Assembly (NCBI RefSeq): GCF_006345805.1
Contig: NC_043002.1
Span: forward strand, 7,564,001-7,628,000
Reading direction: 5' to 3'
From: Octopus sinensis
Taxonomy: Eukaryota
DNA: 64,000 nucleotides
Both the position numbers and the translations under genes were made by a program. Positions 52,714 to 64,000 of this stretch are shown in pieces. The notes beneath the pieces are model-generated. The model saw nothing but the letters and a program-made list of their open reading frames with translations, had not been told where the DNA came from and made no database searches. Each line of letters opens with the position of its first letter. Positions within the stretch are counted from its first letter, which is position 1.

Positions 52714-53010
52714 TAGTTTTATATTTTATAGCGTGCTTTCACTTCACTACCGAGCGCAGCTCTGTGTGCCTTGGGTATGTGCTGTGATTTGTTGTGATGC
52801 TCTGATGGTTATTGTATGGAAAGTGTTCTGCGTAGGATGTGTGCAGTGCCTAGTAGTGCAATTTTCTGTATGTTATATGTGTTTGTAAGTCCTGGTGTTT
52901 TTGCTATGTATTTGTCTGAATATTTTTTTATCATGCCTAATGCACCTACTATGATAGGAATTGTTTGTTTTTAGATTCCACATTCTGGTTACCTCCATTT
53001 CCAGGTCTTT
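52711..53010 (-). mobile_element. 3' end of a second R4/Dong-like LINE lineage in (TAA)n
   Basis: KDLEMEVTRMWNLKT..IPIIVGALGMIKKYSDKYIAKTPGL...LLGTAHILRRTLSIQ* (one frameshift), a different 3'UTR, TAA flanks. Confidence 0.85.
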
Positions 53011-53365
53011 TATTATTATTATTATTCTTAATATTATTATTATCATTATTATTATTGCTGTTGTTGTTGTTGTTGTTGTTGTAAATAATAAAAATGCAAA
53101 TTAAAAGCGATTTGTGAAACTATGTAAATCAAGGCAAGTCAGAAACTGATACCGTTTGCGGCTTTACAGATTGTATTGAGAAAAAACAGAAAAGGAAAGG
53201 AAAAACTACGCGACGACAAATGCACATGTGTGCACGAAATTATAATTATGCATCTCGCACTTAATTATTTTAATTAATTAATAGAGAGAAGAATTAACAG
53301 TAACATTTGCTAAACACACATATTCTCACATACACACAAACGCATCCAGATATATAGATAGATAG

Positions 53366-53780
53366 GTTTCTTTATTGCCCACAAGGGGCTAAACACAGAG
53401 AGGACAAACAAGGACAGACTTAGGTATTAAGTCGATTATATCGACCCCAGTGCGTAACTGGTACTTATTTAATCGACCCTGAAAGGATGAAAGGCAAAGT
53501 CGACCTCGGCGGAATTTCAACTCAGAACGTAGCGGCAGACGAAATACCTATTTCTTTACTACCCACAAGGGGCTAAACACAGAGAGGACAAACACGGACA
53601 GACAAACGGATTAAGCGATTACATCGACCCCAGTGCGTAACTGGTACTTTATTTATCGATCCCGAATGGGTGAAAAGCAAAGTCGACCTCGGCGAAATTT
53701 GAACTCAGAACGTAACGGCAGACGAAATACGGCTACGCATTTCGACCGGCGCGCTAACGATTCTGCCAGCTCGCCGCCTT
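53366..53780 (-). mobile_element. SINE family A dimer
   Basis: Same junction (aaagaaatagg/tatttcgtc) as 8733-9148; inserted in GATA repeats. Confidence 0.9.
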
Positions 53781-54253
53781 AGATAGATAAATAGATAGAT
53801 AGATAGATACATAATACATACATTTGTTATATATTTATGCAAACATGTATACACACATTGTTCTATACGCTATACGGCGTATATATATGTGTATGTATGT
53901 GTACTGACATATATTCATATATTTATATAATTATCCATTTTGTAACAATCGTAGCTCAAATGTTCTCTTCGTTTACGTCCAAAGGGAGGCAACAATAAAC
54001 GTTACCTTGGTTGGAGATATATTTAAACAAGTAGGTGAGACGAAGTGGTGTGGAATGGCGAGGTAGTAGTTATCATTTAGTGTCGATCCACTACACTAGC
54101 TATTCAGTTACAGTATTCGGTCAGGTGTGTAAATCAATCTTACCAAACAAGCTCACAGAGATCAGCATATTTTCGAGTCACTTTAGCAAGAAAATATTTC
54201 TAATCGTAAAAGTTTACTGTTTGGGACGAGAATAGTCATCTGCGTTTAATGGC

Positions 54254-54327
<74 letters not shown>

Positions 54328-54373
54328 ATATCTATCTATCTATCTATCTATCTGTATATCTATCTATCTATTA

Positions 54374-54405
<32 letters not shown>

Positions 54406-54456
54406 GTCTATCTATCTATCTATTAATTTATCCATCTATCTATCTATCCATCTATC

Positions 54457-54518
<62 letters not shown>

Positions 54519-54519
54519 A

Positions 54520-54552
<33 letters not shown>

Positions 54553-54555
54553 CTC

Positions 54556-54667
<112 letters not shown>

Positions 54668-55001
54668 CACCTATCTATTTGTTTATAAATGTGCGTGTGT
54701 ATTGTATTTGTAACGCACTTTCTTTCCATACAATATATAAATACATGTATAAATATTTTTGTATACATATGTATGCGCACATAAACATATATACATACAT
54801 ACATACTTACATACACACATATATATATATATATTATATATATATAAATGCATCTACACGTATATGTATATGCGTGTATATGCATATATACCCCTATATA
54901 CAGATGTTTGTATATATATATATATATATACACGTGTATATCCACAAACGTCTACCTAGATGTATGTGTCTGTGTATGCGCACGTCTGTGTATCTGTATT
55001 C

Positions 55002-55062
<61 letters not shown>

Positions 55063-55139
55063 CGTGTGTGTGTGTGTGTCTGTATACAAATATGTATGCA
55101 AATACCTACGTATGTACATATATATGCATATACCTTTTA

Positions 55140-55971
55140 TCATTTACTTGGTTTTGTCATTAGACTGCAGCCATGCTGGAGCATCACCTTGAACTATTTT
55201 TGTCAAACGAATCGGCCCTAATACTATTTTTTGAAGCCCGATACTTATTCTGTCAGTCTCTGTTACCGAACTGCTTCATTATGGGGACATAAGCAAACCG
55301 ACACAGGTTTTATGTATGTGTAAATATGAAAATATTATTTTACAAGTGCTTTTAACAACTGAAAAGGAACAGTTACTGATGGTGTGGCTCTATCATGATA
55401 CTAGTGCGAAATTCATGGCGAAAGTTTCGCCTAACGGCTTCTTCAACCAGTCATATGAATATGTATTATACCGACGCACATACACACACGCACATATAAA
55501 TATAGACAAACATATGCACACACACACACATACGCACACACACACACACACACATATATATATTATATATATATATATTCTTTTATTCTTGTTTCAGTCA
55601 TTTGACTGCGGCCATGCTGGGGCACCGCCTTTAGTCGAGCAAATCGACCCCGGGACTTATTCTTTGTAAGCCCAGTACTTATTCTATCGGTCTCTTTTGC
55701 CGAACCGCTAAGTGACGGGAACGTAAACACACCAGCATCGGTTGTCAAGCAATGCTAGGGAGACAAACACAGGCACACAAACACATACACACACATACAT
55801 ATATATATACACATATATACGACGGGCTTCTTTTAGTTTCCGTCCACCAAATCCACTCACAGAGCATTGGTTGGCCCGAGGCTATAGTAGAAGACACTTG
55901 CCCAAGGTGCCACGCTGTGGGACTGAACCCAGAACCATGTGGTTGGTAAACAAGCTACTTACCACACAGCT
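55140..55971 (-). mobile_element. Family-B SINE fragment (55140-55305) and full copy (55579-55971)
   Basis: Reverse-strand matches. Confidence 0.85.
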
Positions 55972-55975
55972 ACAT

Positions 55976-56071
<96 letters not shown>

Positions 56072-56164
56072 GTTAATTCAAAAGCGGAAAAAAAGACAGT
56101 AGGAAAAAAAAACAACGTGAGGATGTAGCACTATGTATATATATAAATATATATAGTTACAACC

Positions 56165-56428
56165 ATAATGATCCTTGGATAGGATTGATAGATATTTTAA
56201 TGCATCGCTACGCGCGTTTCCACAAATCACTTGTTTCTTAAGATCATAGTCCGTAATATCAATGATATTAAGAAATCAATGCATGAACATGATCTTCACG
56301 ATGTCCATGGTTACTACGAACTGCATTGTAATCATCTCAGGAGTACGGATCTTAAGAAAGATGTGATTTGTGGAAACGAGCGTAGCGATACATAAAAATA
56401 TTCATAAATTCCATCCAAGAATTATTAT
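56165..56428. mobile_element. MITE-like foldback, 81-bp arms
   Basis: 56165-56245 vs 56348-56428, about 12 mismatches and no indels; weaker pairing continues inside. Confidence 0.8.
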
Positions 56429-56647
56429 TGCTAATACTATATTTACCCTATATTATATCGGCACTGCTCGGTGTGACCCCGCAAAACTGGTATCACCAGT
56501 TGGCATGATTAGGCTGTAGCTGATATAATAAAATAGGAGCTTTTATATGCATATTTAAAACGTTTCCCGTGTGTGTATATATATATATGGCGGTGCCCCA
56601 GCATGGCCACAGCTCATGAGCTGAAACTGGAAAAATCAAAATCAAAT

Positions 56648-56836
56648 AGGGAGAGTTTACGAAAAAAAACAAAAGACGAAGACAGGTGGTGCACAAAACA
56701 AACAGATGTATTAGTATAACGCTTAGGAATAGAGAAAGTCTTTTACGTTTCGAGCTTACTCTCTTCTAGAGAAAGGGACACAGAAAAAAAACAAGGAGAG
56801 AAAAAATATGTGTAGTGGCTAACGATCTATCATGGC
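56648..56836 (-). mobile_element. Element P1 (motif 56740-56775)
   Basis: Family match. Confidence 0.8.
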
Positions 56837-57046
56837 GACTATTTTTATTAATTATATCAAACCATCCCTGATTTAACCGACCTAGATCATCACGATATTT
56901 TTCGGATGTTTTATTCCTTTATTCGAGGAAAATTTGGCTGCTATCACCAAACCTTCTAATAAGACTCTAAGCGGGACTGAGAAGAGCCTTTCTACTCCAG
57001 ATCAACCTTTATTAAGAGTCTAGATCACTATCTATGAGTTTTACAC

Positions 57047-57258
57047 GTTAGCACGCCGGGCGAAATGCTTAGCGGTATTTCGTCTGCCGCTACGTTCTGA
57101 GTTCAAATTCCGCCGAGGTCGTCTTTGCCTTTCATCCTTTCGAGGTCGATTAAATAAGTACCAGTTTCGCACTGGTGTCGATGTAATCGACTTAATCCCT
57201 TTGTCTGTCCTTGTTTGTCCCCTCTATGTTTAGCCCCTTGTGGGCAATAAAGAAATAT
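57047..57258 (+). mobile_element. SINE family A, slightly 5'-truncated
   Basis: TSD tatctaygagttttacacgt. Confidence 0.9.
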
Positions 57259-58204
57259 ATCTACGAGTTTTACACGTCCTTGTCCTCGACCCTCCAGCCC
57301 ATTTATCAATTTGGTTATCTTTGTTGGTGAGAGGTTTTACGAAGTCGGAATGCATATCTTTAACCTCTTTTGGTTGCTTTTTACTACATGCAGAGGAAAC
57401 GTTGTATCTATTCTTTGATATGGAGGCCCCCACACTGCACAAATATATAGTGGATCTTAAATTAAGGCAGAACATTATATGTGTAACCATAAAATGATTC
57501 AAAGCTTCAAATTTCGATTACCTAATTGCCCTAATGTCGAATGAGTTACTAAATTTTATGTTAAGTGTTAAATGTAGTGATGTTTGATCATGGGTATGAG
57601 TTCGATACCTGGGTCAGATAAACGATATATATTCTGGTTCGCGAAGACTAAGCAAACGATGTCACAAGTAGAAGAATAGCCAATGTGTGCGCGGTTGGGG
57701 TTGATATGATGTAATATATTACATGTGGGACATCTTCATGTATTGAAGCTAAAAATACTACAAATATAAGCATTGTGGTCGATTCATTCAGCTAAAAATT
57801 CTTCAAGGCATTGCCCCAGCATGACCGCAGTCTAAGGGCTGAAACAAGGAATGGATAAAAGACGGAAATATATAAATTTATAAATAGAGGCAATGTAGCC
57901 ACGTTGATTATGAATACCAACGACAGATCAAAGAAAAAAATACATCAGTTAAGCGTTCTGACTAACCGTTGATACTGTTGCACTTATATTTATTGCAGTG
58001 AGTTCTAAATCTCCATATACTCAAGATTATCACCATATTAGAAATAAGACAATCTCTCTCCCTCTGAGTGTGTGTATGTGTGTGTGTGTGTGTGTGTACG
58101 TATAAAATATTGTGTGCACATGTTTATATGTTTGATTTCTGCGTGAATATCGATCCATACATGAGAACGTGGACTAAAAGTTTGTGAATTTGTAAAGTAG
58201 ATGA

Positions 58205-58254
<50 letters not shown>

Positions 58255-58261
58255 ATATACT

Positions 58262-58401
58262 TTATTAACAAGCAGCAAAAATATCACAAACACTGTTACT
58301 CAGAGTTTCATGTTCCTGTTTGTAAACAAAACTGCCCGACGAACGGTAACGTGAGACTCTGAGTAATTGTTTTCTGTGATATTTTTGTTGCTTTTTAATA
58401 A
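58262..58401. mobile_element. MITE-like foldback, ~50-bp arms
   Basis: ttattaacaagcagcaaaaatatcaca...ttactcagagtttca and its reverse complement. Confidence 0.75.
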
Positions 58402-58484
58402 AGCATATTGCTCTATCTCTGGTATTCGAGTACTATTTTCCCACCTTGTTTCGCATTTATGTGCTTACTCTGGCATATATATAT

Positions 58485-58665
58485 AGGGAGAGTTTACGAA
58501 AAAAACAAAAGACGAAGACAGGTGGTGTACAAAACAAACAGATGTTTTAGTATATCGCTCAGGAATAGAAAAAGTCTTTTACGTTTCGAGCCTACGCTCT
58601 TCTACGGAAAGGGACACAGAAAAAAACAAGGAAACAAGGAGAGAAAAATGTGTGTAGTGGCTAAC
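58485..58665 (-). mobile_element. Element P1 (motif 58576-58611)
   Basis: Family match. Confidence 0.8.
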
Positions 58666-58690
58666 GCTCTATTATATAAATATATATAGA

Positions 58691-58742
<52 letters not shown>

Positions 58743-58769
58743 CATATATAATATAATTATATTATCTAG

Positions 58770-58804
<35 letters not shown>

Positions 58805-58990
58805 ATATTATATATATATATATAATTATATTAAGGGTTTTTTGCAACAAGTATGTGTTTAAAGCAACTTGTTGCAAAAAACCCTTTATTATAATTATAT
58901 AATTTTTACCGAATATGGTCCTTTCCATACCGAAATAACTAGGTGAAATTTATTGATTTTATTAAATTAATTATATTTCACCTTTATCTG

Positions 58991-59057
<67 letters not shown>

Positions 59058-59166
59058 TGTAATTATATGTAATTTTCTAGATGGTGTAATTTAATTGTTC
59101 ATTTTGAATCGATAAAAGGTGTTTTTTTTCTAATTTTATATATTTATATATATGTATATATATATT

Positions 59167-59204
<38 letters not shown>

Positions 59205-59735
59205 TACACACATACATGCACACAATCACAAACGCACACACATACATACACTAACTGAACGTCTAAATGACTGTCACACTGCCTAATTAGCCATGTCACC
59301 TATCTGTCTTTACGAACGGATCTACCTATTTATGTATCTATCTTTATAGGTAGTTGTTAAGCTATCATCCGTCTACACGTCAATTTATCATCGCATTCCC
59401 AGTAACTATCATGTGAACACTCCATTGCCACCGCCTACACACACATTCACACGTATAGCCATATTTACACACACGTACACACACACATCACATTCGCTTA
59501 CTGACACGCATCTCATTCGGTTAGTTTTTTTTTTTTGTTTTTTTGCAGACATACCATTCTACCTGTCTAAAGAAGGGTATATACATTTGATGTTATATCA
59601 GGTATTACACATTCATGTTAATTAAAATTTAACTTTTTCTTCTTCTTTTTTTTTTTTTTTTTGCAATTTCAAAGTTCGTATACAAAATATATATTTTCGC
59701 TTTAACTACATTGCCGCCAATGGTATGACCACTAT

Positions 59736-60145
59736 AAGGCGGCGAGCTGGCAGAATCGTTAGCACGCCGGCCGAAATGCTTAGCAATATTTCGTCTGTCT
59801 TTAAGTTCTGAGTTCAAATTCGACTTTGCCTTTCATCCTTTCGGGGTCGATTAAATAAGTACCAGTTACGCACTGGGGTCGATATAATCGACTTAATCCG
59901 TTTGTCTGTCCTTGTTTGTCCTCTCTGTGTTTAGCTCCTTGTGGGTAGTAAAGAAATAGATATTTCGTCTGCCGCTACGTTCCGAGTTCAAATTCCGCCA
60001 AGGTCGACTTTGCCTTTCATCCTTTAGAGGTCGATAAATTAAGTACCAGTTACGCACTGGGGTCTATATAATCGACTTAATCCGTTTGTCTGTCCTTGTT
60101 CGTCCTCTCTGTGTTTTGCCCCTTGTGGGTAATAAAGAAATAGGT
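59736..60145 (+). mobile_element. SINE family A dimer
   Basis: Junction aaagaaataga/tatttcgtc. Confidence 0.9.
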
Positions 60146-60280
60146 ATGGACATTATCCTGATAATTTATTATATCGACCCTGAAGGATGAAATGCAAACT
60201 TCAACTCGGCTGGATTTGAAGTCAAAATGTAAAGAGCCAGAAAAGCAACCGAGTATTCTTTCGACGTTCCATGCTTTATC

Positions 60281-60930
60281 ATTTATCTTTTATCTTTTAC
60301 TGTTTTAGTCATTAGACCGCGGCCATGCTGGGGCAGCGCCCTGAAGAATTTTAACCGTACGTATCGAACCCAGTACTTTTGTTTTTAAGCTTTGTACATA
60401 TCCTTCGGTCTCTTTTGCCGAACCGTTAAGCTACGGGGACGTAAACACATCACATATCTATTTCTTTACTACCCACAAGGGGCTAAACACAGAGAGAACA
60501 AACAAGGACAGACAAAGGGATTAAGTCGATTATATCGACCCCAGTGCGTAACTGATACTTATTTAATCGACCCCGAAAGGATGAAAGACAAAGTCGACCT
60601 CGGCGGAATTTGAACTCAGAACGTAACAGCAGACGAAATACGGCTACGCATTTCGCCCGGCGTGCTATCGGTTCTGCCAGCTCGCTGCCTTAAACACGCG
60701 TCACATATCGTCAAGCGGTGGGGGAGGGGACAAGCACACACATACACACATACATCTATGCATAAATACGACGGGTTCCTTTCAGTTTCCGCCTACCAAA
60801 TCTACTCACAAGGCTTTGGTCGGCCCGAGGATATAGTAGAAGACACTTACCCAAGTTGCCATACAGTGGGACTGAGCCCGGAGCCATCTGGATGGGAAGC
60901 AAGATTTCTTATCACACAGCCACGCCTGCG
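60281..60930 (-). mobile_element. SINE family B hosting a nested family-A SINE
   Basis: The two halves are collinear on either side of 60458-60691. Confidence 0.85.
60458..60691 (-). mobile_element. SINE family A nested inside a family-B SINE
   Basis: tcacatatc is duplicated at both sides. Confidence 0.9.
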
Positions 60931-60961
60931 TTTATGAAAAATATTGGAATGCTTAATCAAC

Positions 60962-61048
60962 TTGCGTGTCATCCTTGTGCAGGGGCCATGCTAACTTTTC
61001 TGTATCGTTCCTATTTTAGTTGAGGTATTGCCGAAAATATGAAAATAC
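60962..61048 (-). pseudogene. U6: U6 snRNA-derived copy, 3'-truncated
   Basis: Minus strand reads ttcggcaatacctcaactaaaataggaacgatacagaaaagttagcatggcccctgcacaaggatgacacgcaa, collinear with U6. The ACAGAGA box is altered to ACAGAAA and the 3' ~20 nt with the U-tail are missing. Confidence 0.85.
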
Positions 61049-61094
61049 ATTCTTAATTTTCAGAAAGTAAAGTCATAACAAATGGTCAACAGCA

Positions 61095-61533
61095 TTTCTT
61101 CTGGCTTTACTTTCTGAGTTCAAATTCCACCGAGGTCGTTTTTTTTTTTCAATTCAATTCAATTAAATTTTTCTTGGCTCAAAAATCAAAAGCAAGGCCA
61201 TGTAGGAGGACAGGGTTTATGTACAGGGAGGGTTGTCATACAAAGTGTTCAGGCCATTTCTGGTCAAGAGAGACTTTGAACCGAGCGGTCGTCGGCATCT
61301 TCACTATCTCGTCCGGCAGCTTATTCCACGGATCCGCAACCCGGACGGAGAAAGCCCCTCTCCTTCGATTGAGATGAAATCGTCGTAGATAGAGCTTTTC
61401 GGAGTGATCCCGCAGTTTTTACTTTTCATCCTTTCGAGGTCGATAAAATAAGTATCAGTTAAACACTGGAGTCATTGCAATCGACTTACCCACTCCCCAG
61501 AATCTGTTGGTTTGTGCCAAAATTTGAAACCAA
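61095..61533 (+). mobile_element. Short-tail family-A SINE split by a CR1 insertion
   Basis: B-box at 61110-61138; the core and tail resume at ~61420. Confidence 0.7.
61141..61411 (-). mobile_element. CR1-clade LINE 3' fragment (same family as 29641-29900), inserted in a SINE
   Basis: Collinear with 29641-29900; splits a family-A SINE. Confidence 0.8.
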
Positions 61534-61917
61534 TATTTATTAAATTATTTAGAATTCATTACATTTTATTTATTATTTGCATAGTTGCAATAAATATATT
61601 ACCAGTACTGTTTAATTCTTAATTAATTATAGATGTGTCATATAAGTTAAATCTACATAAGCATGTCATTGTTAGCGTGACCAAGACACTTAAAAGTCAG
61701 TATGATAACGATGGTGGTCAATATTTTATATATTCTCTCACCTCTCACTTCCTCTCTTCACGCACATGCTCACATGCATGGGCGCGTATGTGTGTGGGGG
61801 TTGTGTGTGTGTGTGTGTACACAGAAAGAGATAGTGAGACGATAGACAGATAGACAGACAGAGACATACATGTTCGAATATATACACAAACACACAGATA
61901 CACACATATAGGAATCT

Positions 61918-62218
61918 AGAGAGAGAGAGAGAGAGAGAGAAAGTGAGAGAGGGAGAGAGAAAGTGTGAGAGAGAGAGAAAGTGAGAGAGAGAGAAAGTAA
62001 GAGAGAGAGAAAGTGAGAGAGAGAGTGTGTGTGAGAGAGAGAGAGAGAGTGTGTGTGTGAGAGAGAAAGTGAGAGAGAGAGAGAAAGTGTGAGAGAGAGA
62101 GAGAAAGTTTGAGAGAGAGAGAAAGTGAGAGAGAGAGAAGGTGTGAGAGAGAGAAAGTGTGAGAGAGAGAGTGAGAGAGAAAGTGTGAGAGGGAGAAAGT
62201 GAGAGAGAGAGAGACTCT
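61918..62218. repeat. GA-rich minisatellite (gagagagagaaagt units)
   Basis: Direct reading. Confidence 0.9.
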
Positions 62219-62230
62219 CATTTGTCCATG

Positions 62231-63525
62231 TACGAGGGGCGTTCAATAAGTAATGCCCCTGACCCACTTCCCATGGCAGTAGAGCAACGAAACGTGGCAC
62301 AGTTATTAGTCTTTTTCTACATAGGAACCACCCAGAGTTACGCATTTCTCCCATCGTTTGATGCAGCTCTGGAGACCGTTTTTGTAGACGTCCCCAGCTT
62401 GGTCCTCCAACCACGATGTGACTTCAGAAATCAAGGCTGCATAATCTGGGAAACGCTTTCCTTTGAAAAACAACTTCATGGCTGGGAAGAGGTGAAAATC
62501 AGAGGGTGCAAGGTCAGGAGAGTAGGGGAATGGGGGAGGAGTTCATAGCTGCACGCCTGTGCTTCTGATCTAGCGACACGCGAATTGTGGACCGGATCGT
62601 TGTCTTGCAGGAGGAGGATGCCTTTGCTGATCTTGCCCCGCCTCTTGAATTTGATAGCTTCTCTTAATTTCCTCAAAGTGAAGCATAATAGGCTCCTGTA
62701 ATTGTGGTACCCTTTGCCAGGAAATCTGTCATCACTACTCCGTCCTGGTCCCAGAAGACTGTGAACATGACCTTGCCAGCGGAGGGCTGCACCCTTGCCT
62801 TCTTTCGAGGAGGTGAGTCACGGTGCTTCCACTGCATTGACTGGGCTTTGGTCTCTGGATCATAGTGATGGACCCAGGTTTCATCCTGTGTAATCAGTCT
62901 TTTGAAAAAGTTTGACTCATCTTCTTGGCACATCTCAAAATTCATCCTCAAGCACTCGACGCGTTCTTGCTTCTGGAAAGGTGTGAGCAACCTGGGAATC
63001 TATCTGGCAGACACCTTTTGCATATGCAAATGGTCATGAATGATAGTTTCCACAGACCCGGTACTAATCTTGACCTCATGGGCTATTTGGCGAATAGTTA
63101 TGCGTCGATCTTCCAAAATGGCAGCCTCAACTTGAAGGACAGATGCCTCATCAATGTCAGAAAGGGGGCGACCAGATCTAGGAGCTATTTCCACAGAGTT
63201 CCGACCATGTTTGAATTCACGATGCCAGCGTTTTACAAGGTCATATGATGGGGCATCATCACCATAAGTTACTTTCATTTCATCAAAAGTCTCCCGTGGT
63301 GTGCGTCCTTTCAAATACAAAAACCGGATCACTGCTCGACACTCAACAGGCTTCATTTCACACTTGAATCAGTTCAAACACCTGTAAATCAAAAACCCCA
63401 ATTACTTCAGAGCTGTAATTTGCCACTCAATCTATAGAGATATAAGTAATTGCACATGTAAAATTCCAGCTAGATCAAACAACTACAAGTGGGTCAGGGG
63501 CATTACTTATTGAACGTCCCTCGTA
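62231..63525 (-). mobile_element. Full-length mariner (Tc1/mariner, DD34D) DNA transposon, inactivated
   Basis: Terminal inverted repeats tacgagggrcgttcaataagtaatgcccctgacccactt with TA at both ends; ~1.29 kb. Confidence 0.95.
62306..63356 (-). pseudogene. Mariner transposase pseudogene
   Basis: HTH N-terminus MKPVECRAVIRFL, RSGRP, DETWVHHYDPE, QDNDP, SPDLAPSDF with 34 residues between the 2nd and 3rd D, C-terminus KRWEKCVTLGGSYVEKD*. The W of the W(V/I)PRLL motif is a TAG at ~63000, and there are two 1-nt deletions (~62675, ~62525). Confidence 0.93.
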
Positions 63526-64000
63526 TAATATGAAGAGGATTTTAAGTCTAGTGGGGCGAAGATTGTAATCTTTTCAAAACATCAAACAATGAGAAGTTCT
63601 CCATATTTCAAGATCTGCATTGAAATGAACGAGCTGGCGGTGGCAGCACTAGAAATAGGATCAGGTGAAGATGAAGAAATAATGGAAGGAGGTGAAGGTA
63701 GAGGTGGTGAATTATGGGTTGTAATTGTATCAGAGCTGCAGTAACAGTAGAAAAGGATGAGAGAGAAATAGAGAGAGAGGCGGGGGGGGGTGAAGAAGTG
63801 AGCGAGTGTAATTTGATATGCAGGAGTTGTGATGCTTCCAGGTTTACCATGTTACCAAGAGTAAGAATGTCTCTTATGCGGCATAAAGAAGAGAACGTAT
63901 TTAATGCAGAACATTCAAAATTGCAATTGAAAATAACAACGTGCCGAAGAATGACAAATATTATGCAAATATTAATTACGACATTAGCTTGTTGCATGTG

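Noticed and set aside
63590-63615. KYGELLIV resemblance to the Pellino N-terminus
   Set aside because: A stop follows immediately and no LGYNG motif or further exons are present.

Overview
AT-rich, microsatellite-dense eukaryotic scaffold sequence with one 100-N gap (24148-24247). The SINE set and the density of (TA)n/(GATA)n/(TAA)n arrays look like an Octopus genome; this is recalled resemblance, not a database hit. Nearly all ORFs in the supplied track are translations of simple repeats or SINEs. The real content is as follows. (1) Part of a minus-strand protein-coding gene with three phase-compatible exons (25293-25144, a 34-nt micro-exon 24849-24816, 22248-21917). They encode a Pro/Gln-rich segment, a basic KRNRKR motif and mixed-codon poly-Ala tracts; I cannot name the gene. 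(2) Four tRNA-headed SINE families, many with target-site duplications, including recurrent dimers and swapped 3' tails. (3) A full-length but broken DD34D mariner (62231-63525) and an internally deleted one. (4) Fragments of R4/Dong-like RLE LINEs in (TAA)n, plus CR1 and RTE fragments. (5) A truncated U6 snRNA copy. (6) Several MITE-like foldbacks. (7) Seven ~160-200 bp elements embedded in (TA)n or related repeats that share a minimal hammerhead-ribozyme-like fold with covarying stems, the most interesting signal in the window.
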